Shown one piece after another: positions 47,055 through 57,780 of a stretch of 64,000 bases of DNA. The position numbers and the translations under genes are program-made. This stretch comes from an uncultured Lachnospiraceae bacterium. GTDB lineage: Bacteria > Bacillota > Clostridia > Lachnospirales > Lachnospiraceae. Under the pieces are notes generated by a model. It worked only from the letters and a program-made list of their open reading frames with translations. It searched no databases and was not told the origin of the DNA. The stretch lies in the NCBI GenBank assembly GCA_947382625.1, contig CANDAG010000018.1, forward strand, positions 4,881 to 68,880. Reading direction: 5' to 3'. Numbering within the stretch: position 1 is the stretch's first letter; every line of letters begins with the position of its first letter.

Positions 47055-48662
47055 TTATACGTATTTCTTCAATGTAGCTCTCACAGCGCCAGGCTCTGCG
47101 ATCATTTCATTCAGATAGCCAACTACTGTCTCAGCCATACCCACATCATACAGGTTCACACCAAAGATCTTGGTATTTTCCAGTACAGGCTTTAAGGTTT
47201 CTTCACTGGCAGTTCCGCCAAGCTTTAAGTCAGCCACGTAAGGACGAACGGTATCAAGCAGCGGATCAGGGCTTAACTCAAAGGCTTCTCCCTCATCATT
47301 GATTCCCATAAGGTAGCGCAGCCATCCTGCAAAGAGCAAGGGGATGAGCTTCAAGTCCTTCACATCCAGCTCAGGAGATGCCTGGTAAGCTTTGATGGTC
47401 TCTCCAAAACGGATTGCAAGCTTCTGGGAGGTATCAGTAGCAATACGCTGAGGCGTATCCGGCATAAATGGATTCGGGAAACGCACATTGATCACGGTAT
47501 CGATAAATTCCTTCGGGTCAAGGATTCCGGGATTCACTACCACAGGAAGACCTTCCTTGTAACCTACGGTCTTGATCAGCTTTACAAGCTCCTGATCCTT
47601 TAATTCCTCGGAGATTTTCTGATAGCCGAGAACACAGCCAAATACAGCCAGGCAGGTGTGAAGAGGATTTAAGCAGGTGCAGACCTTCATCTTCTCTACC
47701 TTGTCAACCGTTTCTCTCTCAGTATAAATGATGCCGCCTTTTTCAAGTGCAGGTTTTCCGTTGGGGAATGCATCCTCAATTACAAGATATTCACATTCCT
47801 CTGCGTTTACGAAAGGAGCTACATAGGTATTCTTGGAGGTGATAACGGGCTCTAATTCTTCTATGCCGTCATCCTTCAGGATCTTCTCTACGGAAGCATC
47901 CGGGCGGGGAGTGATCTTATCGATCATACTCCAGGGGAAGGAAACCTTTGACTTGTCATTGACATAGCTCTTAAATCCGGCATCTGCCTTTCCGTTTTCT
48001 ACCCATTTCTCAGCGAAGGCATTGATGGCGGCATAGAGCTTATCTCCGTTGTGGGAGCAGTTGTCCATACTTACCATGGCAATGGGTTTTTCACCGGCAA
48101 CGAAACGGCTGTAGAGCAGAGATGCCACCTTGCCGATATAGCTCCTGGGTTTCTCCGGACCTGCCTCAAAGTCAGCAGACACATCGGGAATCGTATCACC
48201 CTTACCGGTTACAAGGCTGTAGCCCTTTTCGGTGATGGTAAAGCTTGCCATCTGGAGGGAATCTTTTTCAAAAATTTCTTTCAGGCGGTCATACTCTTCA
48301 GCATTTTCGGAATCCAGAATGTGGGATTCCACTACGCTTCCAACCACAGTTTTGTCGATGGTTCCATCAGCCTTTAAGGTTACGGCAATACCGTAATCAT
48401 CATGAGGGCGGTTCATCTTCTCGATGATCTCATAGTCAAAACCTTCAGCTACCACCAGACCTCTGTCCAGAGTACCGTCATTTAAAAGGTTCTGTACTAC
48501 ATTTGCCTGAAAAGCGCGGAAGATGTTTCCGGCTCCGAAGTGGATCCAAAAGGGATTTTCTCTTGTGGCTTCTGTGACTTTCTGACGGTCATATTGGGGG
48601 AGTAAAAATCCGGCTGCCTCCCAGGCGGCTCTGTCCTTTAAACCCTGTTCACTTAATTTCAT
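47055..48662 (-). CDS. uxuB: Mannitol dehydrogenase family protein (probable D-mannonate oxidoreductase)
   Basis: WIHFGAGNIFRA, TITEKGY, SMIDKITP, DTSQK; adjacent to uxuA. Confidence 0.8.
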   Translation of the reverse strand: MKLSEQGLKDRAAWEAAGFLLPQYDRQKVTEATRENPFWIHFGAGNIFRAFQANVVQNLLNDGTLDRGLVVAEGFDYEIIEKMNRPHDDYGIAVTLKADGTIDKTVVGSVVESHILDSENAEEYDRLKEIFEKDSLQMASFTITEKGYSLVTGKGDTIPDVSADFEAGPEKPRSYIGKVASLLYSRFVAGEKPIAMVSMDNCSHNGDKLYAAINAFAEKWVENGKADAGFKSYVNDKSKVSFPWSMIDKITPRPDASVEKILKDDGIEELEPVITSKNTYVAPFVNAEECEYLVIEDAFPNGKPALEKGGIIYTERETVDKVEKMKVCTCLNPLHTCLAVFGCVLGYQKISEELKDQELVKLIKTVGYKEGLPVVVNPGILDPKEFIDTVINVRFPNPFMPDTPQRIATDTSQKLAIRFGETIKAYQASPELDVKDLKLIPLLFAGWLRYLMGINDEGEAFELSPDPLLDTVRPYVADLKLGGTASEETLKPVLENTKIFGVNLYDVGMAETVVGYLNEMIAEPGAVRATLKKYV

Positions 48663-48753
48663 AACGATTCTGTTCCTTTCTTAAGTTGTAAGAAATGTCC
48701 CGGCAGCTTATCTGCGTAAACAATGCAGACAACCTGCCGGAAAAATTTATCTA

Positions 48754-49836
48754 CTATTTGTTTGCAGCATCTAACTTATCCAGCATATCCCAGATACCCC
48801 ACATATACATGATTCCCAGGGCACGGTCATAGAGACCATAGCCGGGACGTACAGTGCCGGGGCCTTCGTTCCACAGATGACGTCCGTGGTCGGGACGGAT
48901 GTAGCCATTATAGCCGCAGTCGTGGTATGCCTTGATGATGTCCACAATACCGGTTTCTCCGTCGCAGTCGCGGTGACTGGCCTCGGAGAAATCCCCGTTA
49001 GGGAAGTGCTTGATATTCCGGATATGGGCAAAAGCAATACGGTCGCAGTGTTTGCGCACGATAGAAGCTACATTGTTATCCGGGTTGGCATTCAGGCTGC
49101 CGGAGCAAAGGGTCAGGCAGTTATAGGAATCGTCCACCATCTTAAGGAATCTGTCAATAGACTCTTCATCCACCATGAGACGAGGCAGTCCGAAGATATC
49201 CCATGGGGGATCATCCATATGGATCGCCATTTTGATGTCGCATTCACGGCAGGTGGGCATCAGGGCTTCCAGGAAATATTTCAGGTTTTCCCAGAGCTTT
49301 TCTTTGGTAACCGGCTTGTAAGCCTCGAATAATTCATCCAGCTTGGCCATTCTTTCAGGCTCCCAGCCGGGGAAGGTAAGGCCATGGAGATTATTTAAAA
49401 TGTAATCAGCCATTTCCTTAGGATCATCGTGGATCTTGCTTGCCTCATAGTACAGGGCGGTGGAACCGTCCCCTACCGGATGGAACAGATCGGTACGTGT
49501 CCAGTCAAAGATTGGCATAAAATTGTAGCAGATTACCTTAACACCGAACTTGGACAGATTGCGGATCGTCTGAATATAATTCGCAATATATCCGTCACGG
49601 CTGGGCAGGCCGATCTTAATGTCATCATGGACATTTACCGATTCAACCACATCCATATTAAAGCCGTAGGGCTCTAATTGCTTCTGAACCTCGGCAATTT
49701 CAGCTTCTTCCCAAATCTCACCGGGCATCTTATTGTGAAGCGCCCAGACGATGCTCGTCACACCGGGAATCTGCTTAATGTCTGACAACTTAATGTCATC
49801 ATTTCCTTCGCCATACCAGCGAAACCCCATTTGCAT
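48754..49836 (-). CDS. uxuA: Mannonate dehydratase
   Basis: FRWYG, CYNFMPIFDWTRT, HMDDPP, RPDHG, PGYGLYDRALG. Confidence 0.95.
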   Translation of the reverse strand: MQMGFRWYGEGNDDIKLSDIKQIPGVTSIVWALHNKMPGEIWEEAEIAEVQKQLEPYGFNMDVVESVNVHDDIKIGLPSRDGYIANYIQTIRNLSKFGVKVICYNFMPIFDWTRTDLFHPVGDGSTALYYEASKIHDDPKEMADYILNNLHGLTFPGWEPERMAKLDELFEAYKPVTKEKLWENLKYFLEALMPTCRECDIKMAIHMDDPPWDIFGLPRLMVDEESIDRFLKMVDDSYNCLTLCSGSLNANPDNNVASIVRKHCDRIAFAHIRNIKHFPNGDFSEASHRDCDGETGIVDIIKAYHDCGYNGYIRPDHGRHLWNEGPGTVRPGYGLYDRALGIMYMWGIWDMLDKLDAANK

Positions 49837-49987
49837 AGAAACATCCTCCTGTCTTTTCATTTTTGAAAAAGAACCGTTTTGTTCTTTCTTTATTTTACCA
49901 GAAAATGCATACTTCCACAAGTTCACAGCGGCAACAAGAATTTGCAGAAGCAAATTCTTGCAGAGTTGGCCTAACGGCCAACTCTTT

Positions 49988-51763
49988 TTACAGCCGTGTA
50001 TCCCATACGCCGCAGTAGGAATCCACAGGATCCTGTCCTGTAAAGGCGGCAGCGCCTGTCATCAGCTTCTCTACCAGCGCGTCAAAGGTGGTATCTAAAA
50101 CATCGTATGTGTTGATGTAGGTACGTGCCTGGGGAATATCCGCCAGCACGAAAGGCTGCTTGGTGGAAATGACGATTACCGGAAGCTCATGCACATACCA
50201 GGGGATCTCTCCGCCGCCCTTGGTCATGCCGAAGGCAGGTCTTGCCACAGGCTGGAAACCACCGGGAATGTCTACCAGGGTGATGATCAGATCCTGCTTG
50301 GACACGAAGTCCTTGATGGCATCCTTTCCTGCAAAATAGAGATTGATGTCGGGCTTTTCACCGGCCTGCATCTGCTGCATGATCTTCTGGATCGGGCTTT
50401 CATAGATGAAGGCGTCAAAGCCTTTGGCGATCAGCTTATCTCTCAGCTTTTCGGCAGGAGAAACCTTATTCTTGCCCAGAATAGCACCCAGTCCGGGAGC
50501 CTCTAATCCCTTTACATAAACGATCATGATACGTTTGTAACGGTCGGGGATCATGGGAAGGACATCTTTGTCTTTGTATTTGACAAGGGTGATGGACTTC
50601 TCGGAAATCTCCTTCTGCATAGCCTTGTGCTCTTCGCAGCCTACGATCTCATGAACCTGTGCTTTGGGCGGTACAAGCTCTGAGGGAGCCTTTTTGTGGA
50701 GGCCCATGTGAGCCTTCAGGGCCAGGATGCGGTGAAGGGCATCGCTTAAGCGCTCCTCCGTGATCCTTCCGTCCAGATATCCCTGCTTCATGCTTTCAAA
50801 ATCTTCATCCATATCGTTGAAGAACAGGAACATGTCGATACCTGCGGCAATGGCAGCGGGCATCAGGTCGCTTCTCTTCATGCGGCAGGTAAGTCCTACC
50901 ATGTGGGAAGCATCGGTGAGTACCATGCCGTTAAAGCCAAGCTTGGTGCGCAGAAGACCGTTGATCAGTTCCGGTGAGAGCGTAGCAGGCATGATGTCGT
51001 CATCTTCAATTTCCGGATTGAAGTGTCTGGTGTAAGCGGGCTGCATAATGTGTCCGGCCATGATGGCTTCAAGTCCGTTGTCGATCAGGTTCTGGTATAC
51101 TTTACCAAAGGTTTCATCCCATTCTTCACAGCTGAAATCATTTACACTGTTGGCTACGTGCTGATCACGGAAATCCAGTCCGTCGCCGGGGAAGTGCTTG
51201 GCAGCACAGCAAAAGCCCTTATTGGCGTGGGCGCCATCCATGTAGGCTTTGGTCATTTCCATAACACGCTCTACATCGTTGCCGTAGGTACGCAGGCCGA
51301 TCACCGGGTTTTCCCAGTTGTATAAAATATCGCTTACAGGCGCAAAGGAAAGGTTACATCCGATGGCGGTTGCTTCCTTATTGGACATATAGCCCAAATT
51401 GTAAGCGTAGTCTACATTGCGGGTTGCACCAATCTTGGTCTGGCTGCCGATGGTGGTTCCGTCCACACAGGCGCCGTCTCCGCCGTTTTCTGTGTTGCAG
51501 GCGATGATCAGAGGAATTTTGCTGTTTTCCTGCAGAATGCGGTTCTGTTCATGAACCTCATCCGCTGTAGCGGGATTGTAGCGGATTCCGCCGATGTGAT
51601 ACTTGTTTACCGTCATTTTCAGGTATTCTTCGTCTCTTGAAGACCCCATGTTAAAGAATAGCTGTCCGATCTTTTCGTCAAGACTCATTCCTGCAATGGT
51701 GTCCTCCACCCATTTACAATCCTCATCAGATAAGTAAAAGGGATTTGCTTTCATATCGACCAT
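49988..51763 (-). CDS. GH3 glycoside hydrolase
   Basis: MSLDEKIGQLF, KHFPGDG, LRTKLGFNGMVLTDA. Confidence 0.9.
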   Translation of the reverse strand: MVDMKANPFYLSDEDCKWVEDTIAGMSLDEKIGQLFFNMGSSRDEEYLKMTVNKYHIGGIRYNPATADEVHEQNRILQENSKIPLIIACNTENGGDGACVDGTTIGSQTKIGATRNVDYAYNLGYMSNKEATAIGCNLSFAPVSDILYNWENPVIGLRTYGNDVERVMEMTKAYMDGAHANKGFCCAAKHFPGDGLDFRDQHVANSVNDFSCEEWDETFGKVYQNLIDNGLEAIMAGHIMQPAYTRHFNPEIEDDDIMPATLSPELINGLLRTKLGFNGMVLTDASHMVGLTCRMKRSDLMPAAIAAGIDMFLFFNDMDEDFESMKQGYLDGRITEERLSDALHRILALKAHMGLHKKAPSELVPPKAQVHEIVGCEEHKAMQKEISEKSITLVKYKDKDVLPMIPDRYKRIMIVYVKGLEAPGLGAILGKNKVSPAEKLRDKLIAKGFDAFIYESPIQKIMQQMQAGEKPDINLYFAGKDAIKDFVSKQDLIITLVDIPGGFQPVARPAFGMTKGGGEIPWYVHELPVIVISTKQPFVLADIPQARTYINTYDVLDTTFDALVEKLMTGAAAFTGQDPVDSYCGVWDTRL

Positions 51764-51793
51764 GATAATAGTCTCCTTTCTGATTTTTGGTTT

Positions 51794-52633
51794 TTATTTC
51801 AGATTGTTTAAAAATGCATCAATTTTTTCCTGCTGGTAAGCGCCTTCATAGGTTCCATTAAGGAGCCTTGCAAGGGCTTTGTCCATGAATTCCTTCCAGG
51901 ACTCTGCTTCATGGCGAACCAGGATAGGATAGTAGAATACGCCGTTTTTCTGAGCAGCATCCAAATCGCCGGGGGCGTCGCCGCACATCAGTACATGGTC
52001 TTTGGCATAGCCTGCTTTTAAAAGCTCTCCGATACAAAATGCCTTGCTGCCGGAGTCCTGTGCAAGCACAATGTCGGTGTTGGGAAGCAGGCCGTAGCGT
52101 TCCCATTCCTCTAACACCGCGTCAAGGTTGGCGCTGGAGACAATGGCCACGTCTACCTTTTCGTGAGCCATGGCAAGTGCTTCTTTTACCCCTTCAAAGG
52201 GAAGCTTCTCGTCGTCGGGAAGCTGGTTGATGGATGCGTTGACGGCCTTGCTCCAGGAAAGAGCCTTTTTGAGACTGACGCCGGGATTTTCAGCAATGGC
52301 CTTTTCAAGGGCGCCGTTGGATAATTCAGGGCTGGTTTCCACCCATTTGACCAGGGTGTCCAGATCTTCAATGGGAGTATATTTGGCGTTGATCTCTGAG
52401 AGGGCCATGGAAAGCCCTTTATAACGGTTGATCCCCCGGGTCATGGTGTAAAGATTGATGTCATTCCAGCGGCTTAAGATCTCATCCTTCCATTCCTCAA
52501 GATGCCATTCTGTTACCATACAGGGACCGAAGCAGCGGATGTGCTTGATATCCATGGTGTCCATGGCACAGCCATCGCTGTCCACACAGATCAGATAATC
52601 CTTTTTCTTTGTATATTCTGATAATTTGCTCAA
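51794..52633 (-). CDS. HAD-family hydrolase
   Basis: DSDGCAMD, VSS, MCGDAPGD; TTG start behind AAGGAG. Confidence 0.85.
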   Translation of the reverse strand: MSKLSEYTKKKDYLICVDSDGCAMDTMDIKHIRCFGPCMVTEWHLEEWKDEILSRWNDINLYTMTRGINRYKGLSMALSEINAKYTPIEDLDTLVKWVETSPELSNGALEKAIAENPGVSLKKALSWSKAVNASINQLPDDEKLPFEGVKEALAMAHEKVDVAIVSSANLDAVLEEWERYGLLPNTDIVLAQDSGSKAFCIGELLKAGYAKDHVLMCGDAPGDLDAAQKNGVFYYPILVRHEAESWKEFMDKALARLLNGTYEGAYQQEKIDAFLNNLK

Positions 52634-52709
52634 AATATTTCGCTCCTTTATATTGTGCTGCTGATTATGCATCAGCAGCACATGAAATAAATTGTGATAT
52701 CACTTTGGA

Positions 52710-54977
52710 TCATAGTTTGTCAACTAAGATCAGCTTGGCGTTGACACTCTCCAGGAAGCCTTCAGGGGCCATGGAGCCTGCCATGCCCACCATCTTCTCA
52801 GGGGTCATGGATTTCATCATATCCCACATACCTACGCCGGGCTCTAACTTCATGTTCATGGTGATCTTGATGGCATCTGTCATGACCTTCAAAGCCTCAG
52901 GAGATTTGGCGATCTCTTCCATAGTGTCATGGATGCTGTACTTTCCTTCCGGAAATTCCATGGGAGCCTTCAGATCCAGATCGCCTACCAGATTGAACCA
53001 GTTGGCAACGCCTTCCGCTCTTTCATTGACTTCGGGGAGGACGTAAATAGAAGGCTCTTTTTCTACCTTTTCAAGGGTCATGCTGTCTTTTAGATCACCG
53101 GCAACGGCTGTAACAATATTGAAGCCGGCCTTTAAAGCTGCCTGGAAGACAAATACCTTATCAGCGGATTTTTCTTCTACCAGCTCGCCGTTCAGATACA
53201 GGGCAACAGTGGGCTGGTTGGAGTAAACCCTGATCTCTGTGGTCTCGCCTGCTCTTTGGGCATAGCGTTTGCCTGCAAGATGCAGCATGGGTTTTTTGCT
53301 CCAGTAAGCCTGGTAAACATAGTAGCTGTCCTTTTTGGTCTTGCGATCCATGGTGATGAGTCCTTTGTTATTTCTTCCGGCTACGCCGCCTTCATCACGG
53401 GCAGCACATCCAAAATCGAACATGTTCCATACGTGGCTGGACCAGATCCAGGGGCGTTCATCGAAGACCTTGGCAAGATGTTCATGATATAATGCCTGGT
53501 ATTCCTCACTGTAATCCTTGCAGGCCGGATTGGGGCCATGATAAGTGATGATGCCCTCACAGCCGTATTCGGAAACGCCGATACAGATTTCCGGATGGAT
53601 CTTGTGGAAGTTATCAAGCCAGGGACCATTATCCTCCATCTTGCCGCCGTACCAGCCAAAGTAATTATTATAGCTCTCCACATCTGTAATGCCATGCATA
53701 GGGCCGTTGATGGGGGTCATGGACACATGAGCGATGGTGGTAAGACGGGTATCGTCAAGCTCCTTACATAGAGCGTTTAATTCTTTATGGTTTTCTACCA
53801 GCTGATCGGAGATGCCGCCGATCAGGATCTCGTTGGAAATGCCCCAGAAGCAGATGGAGGGATGATTGTAGTTCTGGATGATCAGCTCCTTCATCTGGCT
53901 GATGCAGTTCTGATGGGCTGCCGGATCCTGGTTCATCACACTGATGAAAGGAATCTCCGCCCAAATGATAAAGCCCAGCTCATCACAGGCATCATAGAAA
54001 TCCTGGGAGTGCTGATAGTGAGCCAGACGGATAGTGTTGGCTCCCAGCTCTTTAATGAGCCTTGCATCTTCATAATGGTCTTCTCTGGAGAGGGCGTTGC
54101 CCTTATAAAGACGATCCTGATGACGGCTGACGCCTCTGAGAGGAACTTCTTTTCCATTTAAGATAAAGCCTTTTTCGGGGTCACAGCTAAAGCTTCTTAC
54201 ACCAACTCTTGCGCTGATCTCATCATAGGCTTCATTTCTGCGCTGTAAGATGGCGGTTACGGTGTAAAGATAAGGATTGTCAATATCCCATTTTACCGCA
54301 TCAGGCACATAAACGGTGACTGTTGTCTGGTCAAAGGGGCGGCAGGCGCTGGCAACCTCTTTGCCTTCCGCATCCTTAACAGAATATAAAACCGTGAAAT
54401 TTTCGTCTCCGTTTGTGATCCAGGAGGTCATCTCAAAGGTGGCTCCGCCGCTCTCACAGGGTCTGGGAGTTACCTTGAGTCCGGGGCCTCCAAGATAGTC
54501 AAGATCAAAGTGGGTATCGGGCACGCTGATCAGACGGACGCCTCTGTATAACCCGCCGTAGAAGGTAAAATCTGCTGCCTGGGGGTAGACATTGCTCTTA
54601 TTTTCGTTGCTGCAGGCGATCACCAGAAGATTATCCTCATCCGGCTTGCACAGATCCGTGATATCCGCACGGAAATTGGAATATCCTCCCTCATGATAAA
54701 TGACTTCGGTGCCGTTAACGTATACGGACGCCTGCTGGCCTGCTGCCGGGATCTCCACATACACCCGTCCTTTGGCAAGAGGCTGTACGGGGGTCCTGAA
54801 GCTTCTGGCATACCAGCCTTTGATACGTGCATAACCTCCGTTCCCGTCATGGCCGTCCACCGCGTTCCAGGTATGGGGCAGATCCACCCTTTCCCAGTCC
54901 GAAGGCAGAGCCTTGGGCAGACCGGCATCTTCGCGGGTAAAACGCCAGTCCTGATTCAAACAGATCAAGTTTCGCAT
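52710..54977 (-). CDS. GH2 beta-glucuronidase-like enzyme
   Basis: RLAHY, SNE, SEYG, YFGWY and the NNKG (NxKG) motif. Confidence 0.85.
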   Translation of the reverse strand: MRNLICLNQDWRFTREDAGLPKALPSDWERVDLPHTWNAVDGHDGNGGYARIKGWYARSFRTPVQPLAKGRVYVEIPAAGQQASVYVNGTEVIYHEGGYSNFRADITDLCKPDEDNLLVIACSNENKSNVYPQAADFTFYGGLYRGVRLISVPDTHFDLDYLGGPGLKVTPRPCESGGATFEMTSWITNGDENFTVLYSVKDAEGKEVASACRPFDQTTVTVYVPDAVKWDIDNPYLYTVTAILQRRNEAYDEISARVGVRSFSCDPEKGFILNGKEVPLRGVSRHQDRLYKGNALSREDHYEDARLIKELGANTIRLAHYQHSQDFYDACDELGFIIWAEIPFISVMNQDPAAHQNCISQMKELIIQNYNHPSICFWGISNEILIGGISDQLVENHKELNALCKELDDTRLTTIAHVSMTPINGPMHGITDVESYNNYFGWYGGKMEDNGPWLDNFHKIHPEICIGVSEYGCEGIITYHGPNPACKDYSEEYQALYHEHLAKVFDERPWIWSSHVWNMFDFGCAARDEGGVAGRNNKGLITMDRKTKKDSYYVYQAYWSKKPMLHLAGKRYAQRAGETTEIRVYSNQPTVALYLNGELVEEKSADKVFVFQAALKAGFNIVTAVAGDLKDSMTLEKVEKEPSIYVLPEVNERAEGVANWFNLVGDLDLKAPMEFPEGKYSIHDTMEEIAKSPEALKVMTDAIKITMNMKLEPGVGMWDMMKSMTPEKMVGMAGSMAPEGFLESVNAKLILVDKL

Positions 54978-55235
54978 TGTTTTCCTCCTTCGCGAGTTTT
55001 CTTATATTAATTGTTCCAAAAAAAGAGTTTTTGATGTTATGATTTGTCTATTATTGACATAAAAGATATACCCAAATTTGCCAACTTTTACATAATTTCT
55101 CTTCTAATTATAATTAGATTGGACTTCTTTTTATAGTGATTATTTTTGGTATTTGTAGTACGATTTTTGGGTTGCGGTTATCATTGATTTGTACCGAAAA
55201 AGATTATATAGTAATAGAAAAGAGAGGTAAAAGCG

Positions 55236-56441
55236 ATGGATTTTCTGGAATCGGCGGTTATTCTGATCCCGTCCCTGACCGGCATGGGAGTGAGGGTCTA
55301 TAGCGGGGAAATGAAGGTGCTGGAACAATTTGAAGAGCAGTACTGCTTTTCGGAAGGACTGCAGAGGCTGTATACTGCAAAAGGGCTCCGGGATTTCCTG
55401 GAAAAAGGAGCGGAGGAAATCATTTATGAGATCACAGAGCCTATGGAGTCGCATCTGATCATCTTTCATACAGAAGGCGCCTGGATCCTGCTGGGGCCAT
55501 ATGTGGAGGAGGGATGGAAGGATAATTCCGCCAGGCAGCTTTTGGGAAGACTGGGAATTTCCCAGGCTCATACAGCCTCTTACAAGAACTATCGCTGCCA
55601 GCTGCCGATTTCCGGCCGGGAGCAGGCTATGCGTGCCGTAATGCTTCTTTTAGAGCATACTGGTGACGGCGGAACGGGGCGGATGGTGAAGGCTGTAAAT
55701 GAAAGCCGCCAGGCTCCGGATATCTCCCTGCCCTTTTCTGATAAATATGAAAGCAGCAGCGTTGTGAACAGACGCTATCATCTGGAGGAATGCTTTATAA
55801 AGGCGGTAAGCTGTGGAGAAACAGAAAAAGCGCTTGGCATTTTAGAGGAAATACAGATGGTATGTACAGATTTAAGATTTATGTCAGCGGACCTGAGAGA
55901 TCAGATCGTAGGAGCCGGCATAGTGAGGACATTGACCAGGATGGGGGCCAAAATGGCAGGCATGAGCCCTGTTTTGATCGATTCGATCAGCCAGGAATAT
56001 GCACAGAGAATGCAGCATACTGCTTCGGCAGAAAAACTAAGCGACCTGACGGCACAGCTGGTGGAGCGTTTTTGCAGGGAAGTGTTAAAGGAGCAGAAAG
56101 AGCATTATTCCATGTATGTAAAAAAAGCGGTTGAATATATGGATATTAATCTGAGCAGGCCGGTTACGGTCGCAGAGCTTTCGGCAGCCGCCGGTATCAA
56201 TCAGCAACAGTTAGTGAAGTTGTTTATCCGGGAAACGGGGATGACCATGAAACAGTATCTTGCAAAGAAGCGCTCTGACCTTGCGGCGGAGCTTTTGCTG
56301 GAGAGCAGGATGAGCGTCCAGGAGATCGGCGCTTATGTAGGGTATGGAGATAACAACTATTTTTCCAAGGTTTTTAAGGCAAACATCGGTGTTTCCCCCA
56401 AGGAGTACCGAAGGATGTATTGGACAGCCATTGAAAAATAA
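55236..56441 (+). CDS. AraC-family regulator
   Basis: YFSKVFKANIGVSPKEYR; divergent from the GH2 operon. Confidence 0.92.
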   Translation: MDFLESAVILIPSLTGMGVRVYSGEMKVLEQFEEQYCFSEGLQRLYTAKGLRDFLEKGAEEIIYEITEPMESHLIIFHTEGAWILLGPYVEEGWKDNSARQLLGRLGISQAHTASYKNYRCQLPISGREQAMRAVMLLLEHTGDGGTGRMVKAVNESRQAPDISLPFSDKYESSSVVNRRYHLEECFIKAVSCGETEKALGILEEIQMVCTDLRFMSADLRDQIVGAGIVRTLTRMGAKMAGMSPVLIDSISQEYAQRMQHTASAEKLSDLTAQLVERFCREVLKEQKEHYSMYVKKAVEYMDINLSRPVTVAELSAAAGINQQQLVKLFIRETGMTMKQYLAKKRSDLAAELLLESRMSVQEIGAYVGYGDNNYFSKVFKANIGVSPKEYRRMYWTAIEK

Positions 56442-56546
56442 TAAGTATTTTTTCTAAAAGCTATTTGTTTTTTCTAACAGATGGCTTTTCTTTATGTTAG
56501 GATAAATACAGATCAACTGCAGAAAACATATTAAGGAGGGTTTACT

Positions 56547-57722
56547 ATGGAAGCAGCAGATACAAGAGTTTCAAATGAGCAATGGCTGGAAGAGGTTTAT
56601 CAGAAATTGCTGGTAAAAATGAAAAAGGAATGTGAGAGGATCGGAACCATGATCCCTTACAGCACGCGGGACGGAAAATATCATGATCTGGATGTGCCCG
56701 GAGGAATTTATTTCTGGACCAATGGGTTCTGGCCGGGAATGCTCTGGCAGATGTATGAAGCAACCGGCGACGAAGCGTACAGAAAGGCTGCGGAAGGGGC
56801 AGAGGAGCGGCTTTCTGAGACATTGCAGGGATTTGACAAGCTGGATCATGATGTGGGATTTTTGTTTTTGCTTTCTGCCGTGGCTGATTACAGAAAAACA
56901 AATAATATGGAATCCAGACGGCGGGGGCTCCATGCTGCCAATCTGCTGGCAGGACGTTACAATCTGGCAGGAAGGTTTATCCGTGCATGGAATGACGAGG
57001 TAGGAGCTATGATCGCCAAGGGACGCAATATGAGCGGAGGGATGATCATCGACTGTCTGATGAATATTCCGCTGCTTTACTGGGCCAGCGAAGAAACCGG
57101 AGATCCCCGTTTTGCTCAGATCGCCATCAACCATGCAAAGACAGCCCAGCAGTATATTGTGCGGGAAGACGGGAGCTGTAACCATATCGTGATCTTTAAC
57201 TCGGAAACAGGGGAATTTGTGGACAATCCCGGCGGACAGGGCTATGAAAAGGGTTCCTCCTGGAGCAGGGGACAGTCCTGGGCAGTTTATGGGTTTGCCT
57301 TAAGCTATCGGCATACAAGGGACGAGTCTTTCTTAAATACCGCCAAGAGATGTGCTCATTACTGTATTTCCAATATGGCAGTTTCAGACTGGCTTCCGCT
57401 GGTGGATTACCGTGCTCCCGAAGAGCCGGTGAAATATGACTCCACAGCAGGGATGATCACAGCCTGCGGATTATTGGAGCTGGCAGAGCATGTGGGAGAG
57501 CATGAAAAGAAGCTTTATATTAAGGCCGCGTTCAATATCTTAAGGGCCTGCGATGAGAAATTCAGTAATTGGGATCCGGAGCAGGATTCCATTGTGGACG
57601 GCGGCACATTCTTCTATCATGACCCTGACGGAAAGAATACGGAGGTGCCTATTATCTATGGGGATTATTATTTCATCGAGGCGATCCTGAGACTGAAAGG
57701 AAAGGCTTTGTTTGCCTGGTAG
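56547..57722 (+). CDS. GH88 unsaturated glucuronyl hydrolase
   Basis: WTNGFWPG, HDVGF, IIDCLMN, WSRGQSW, YGDYYF. Confidence 0.92.
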   Translation: MEAADTRVSNEQWLEEVYQKLLVKMKKECERIGTMIPYSTRDGKYHDLDVPGGIYFWTNGFWPGMLWQMYEATGDEAYRKAAEGAEERLSETLQGFDKLDHDVGFLFLLSAVADYRKTNNMESRRRGLHAANLLAGRYNLAGRFIRAWNDEVGAMIAKGRNMSGGMIIDCLMNIPLLYWASEETGDPRFAQIAINHAKTAQQYIVREDGSCNHIVIFNSETGEFVDNPGGQGYEKGSSWSRGQSWAVYGFALSYRHTRDESFLNTAKRCAHYCISNMAVSDWLPLVDYRAPEEPVKYDSTAGMITACGLLELAEHVGEHEKKLYIKAAFNILRACDEKFSNWDPEQDSIVDGGTFFYHDPDGKNTEVPIIYGDYYFIEAILRLKGKALFAW

Positions 57723-57745
57723 AATATGGTTTAATGGAGCATGCG

Positions 57746-57780
57746 GCAGACAGGCTGGCTATGGCTGGCCTGTCTGTTTT
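57746..57780 (+). terminator. Intrinsic terminator
   Basis: GCAGACAGGC...GCCTGTCTG followed by a T-run. Confidence 0.65.
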
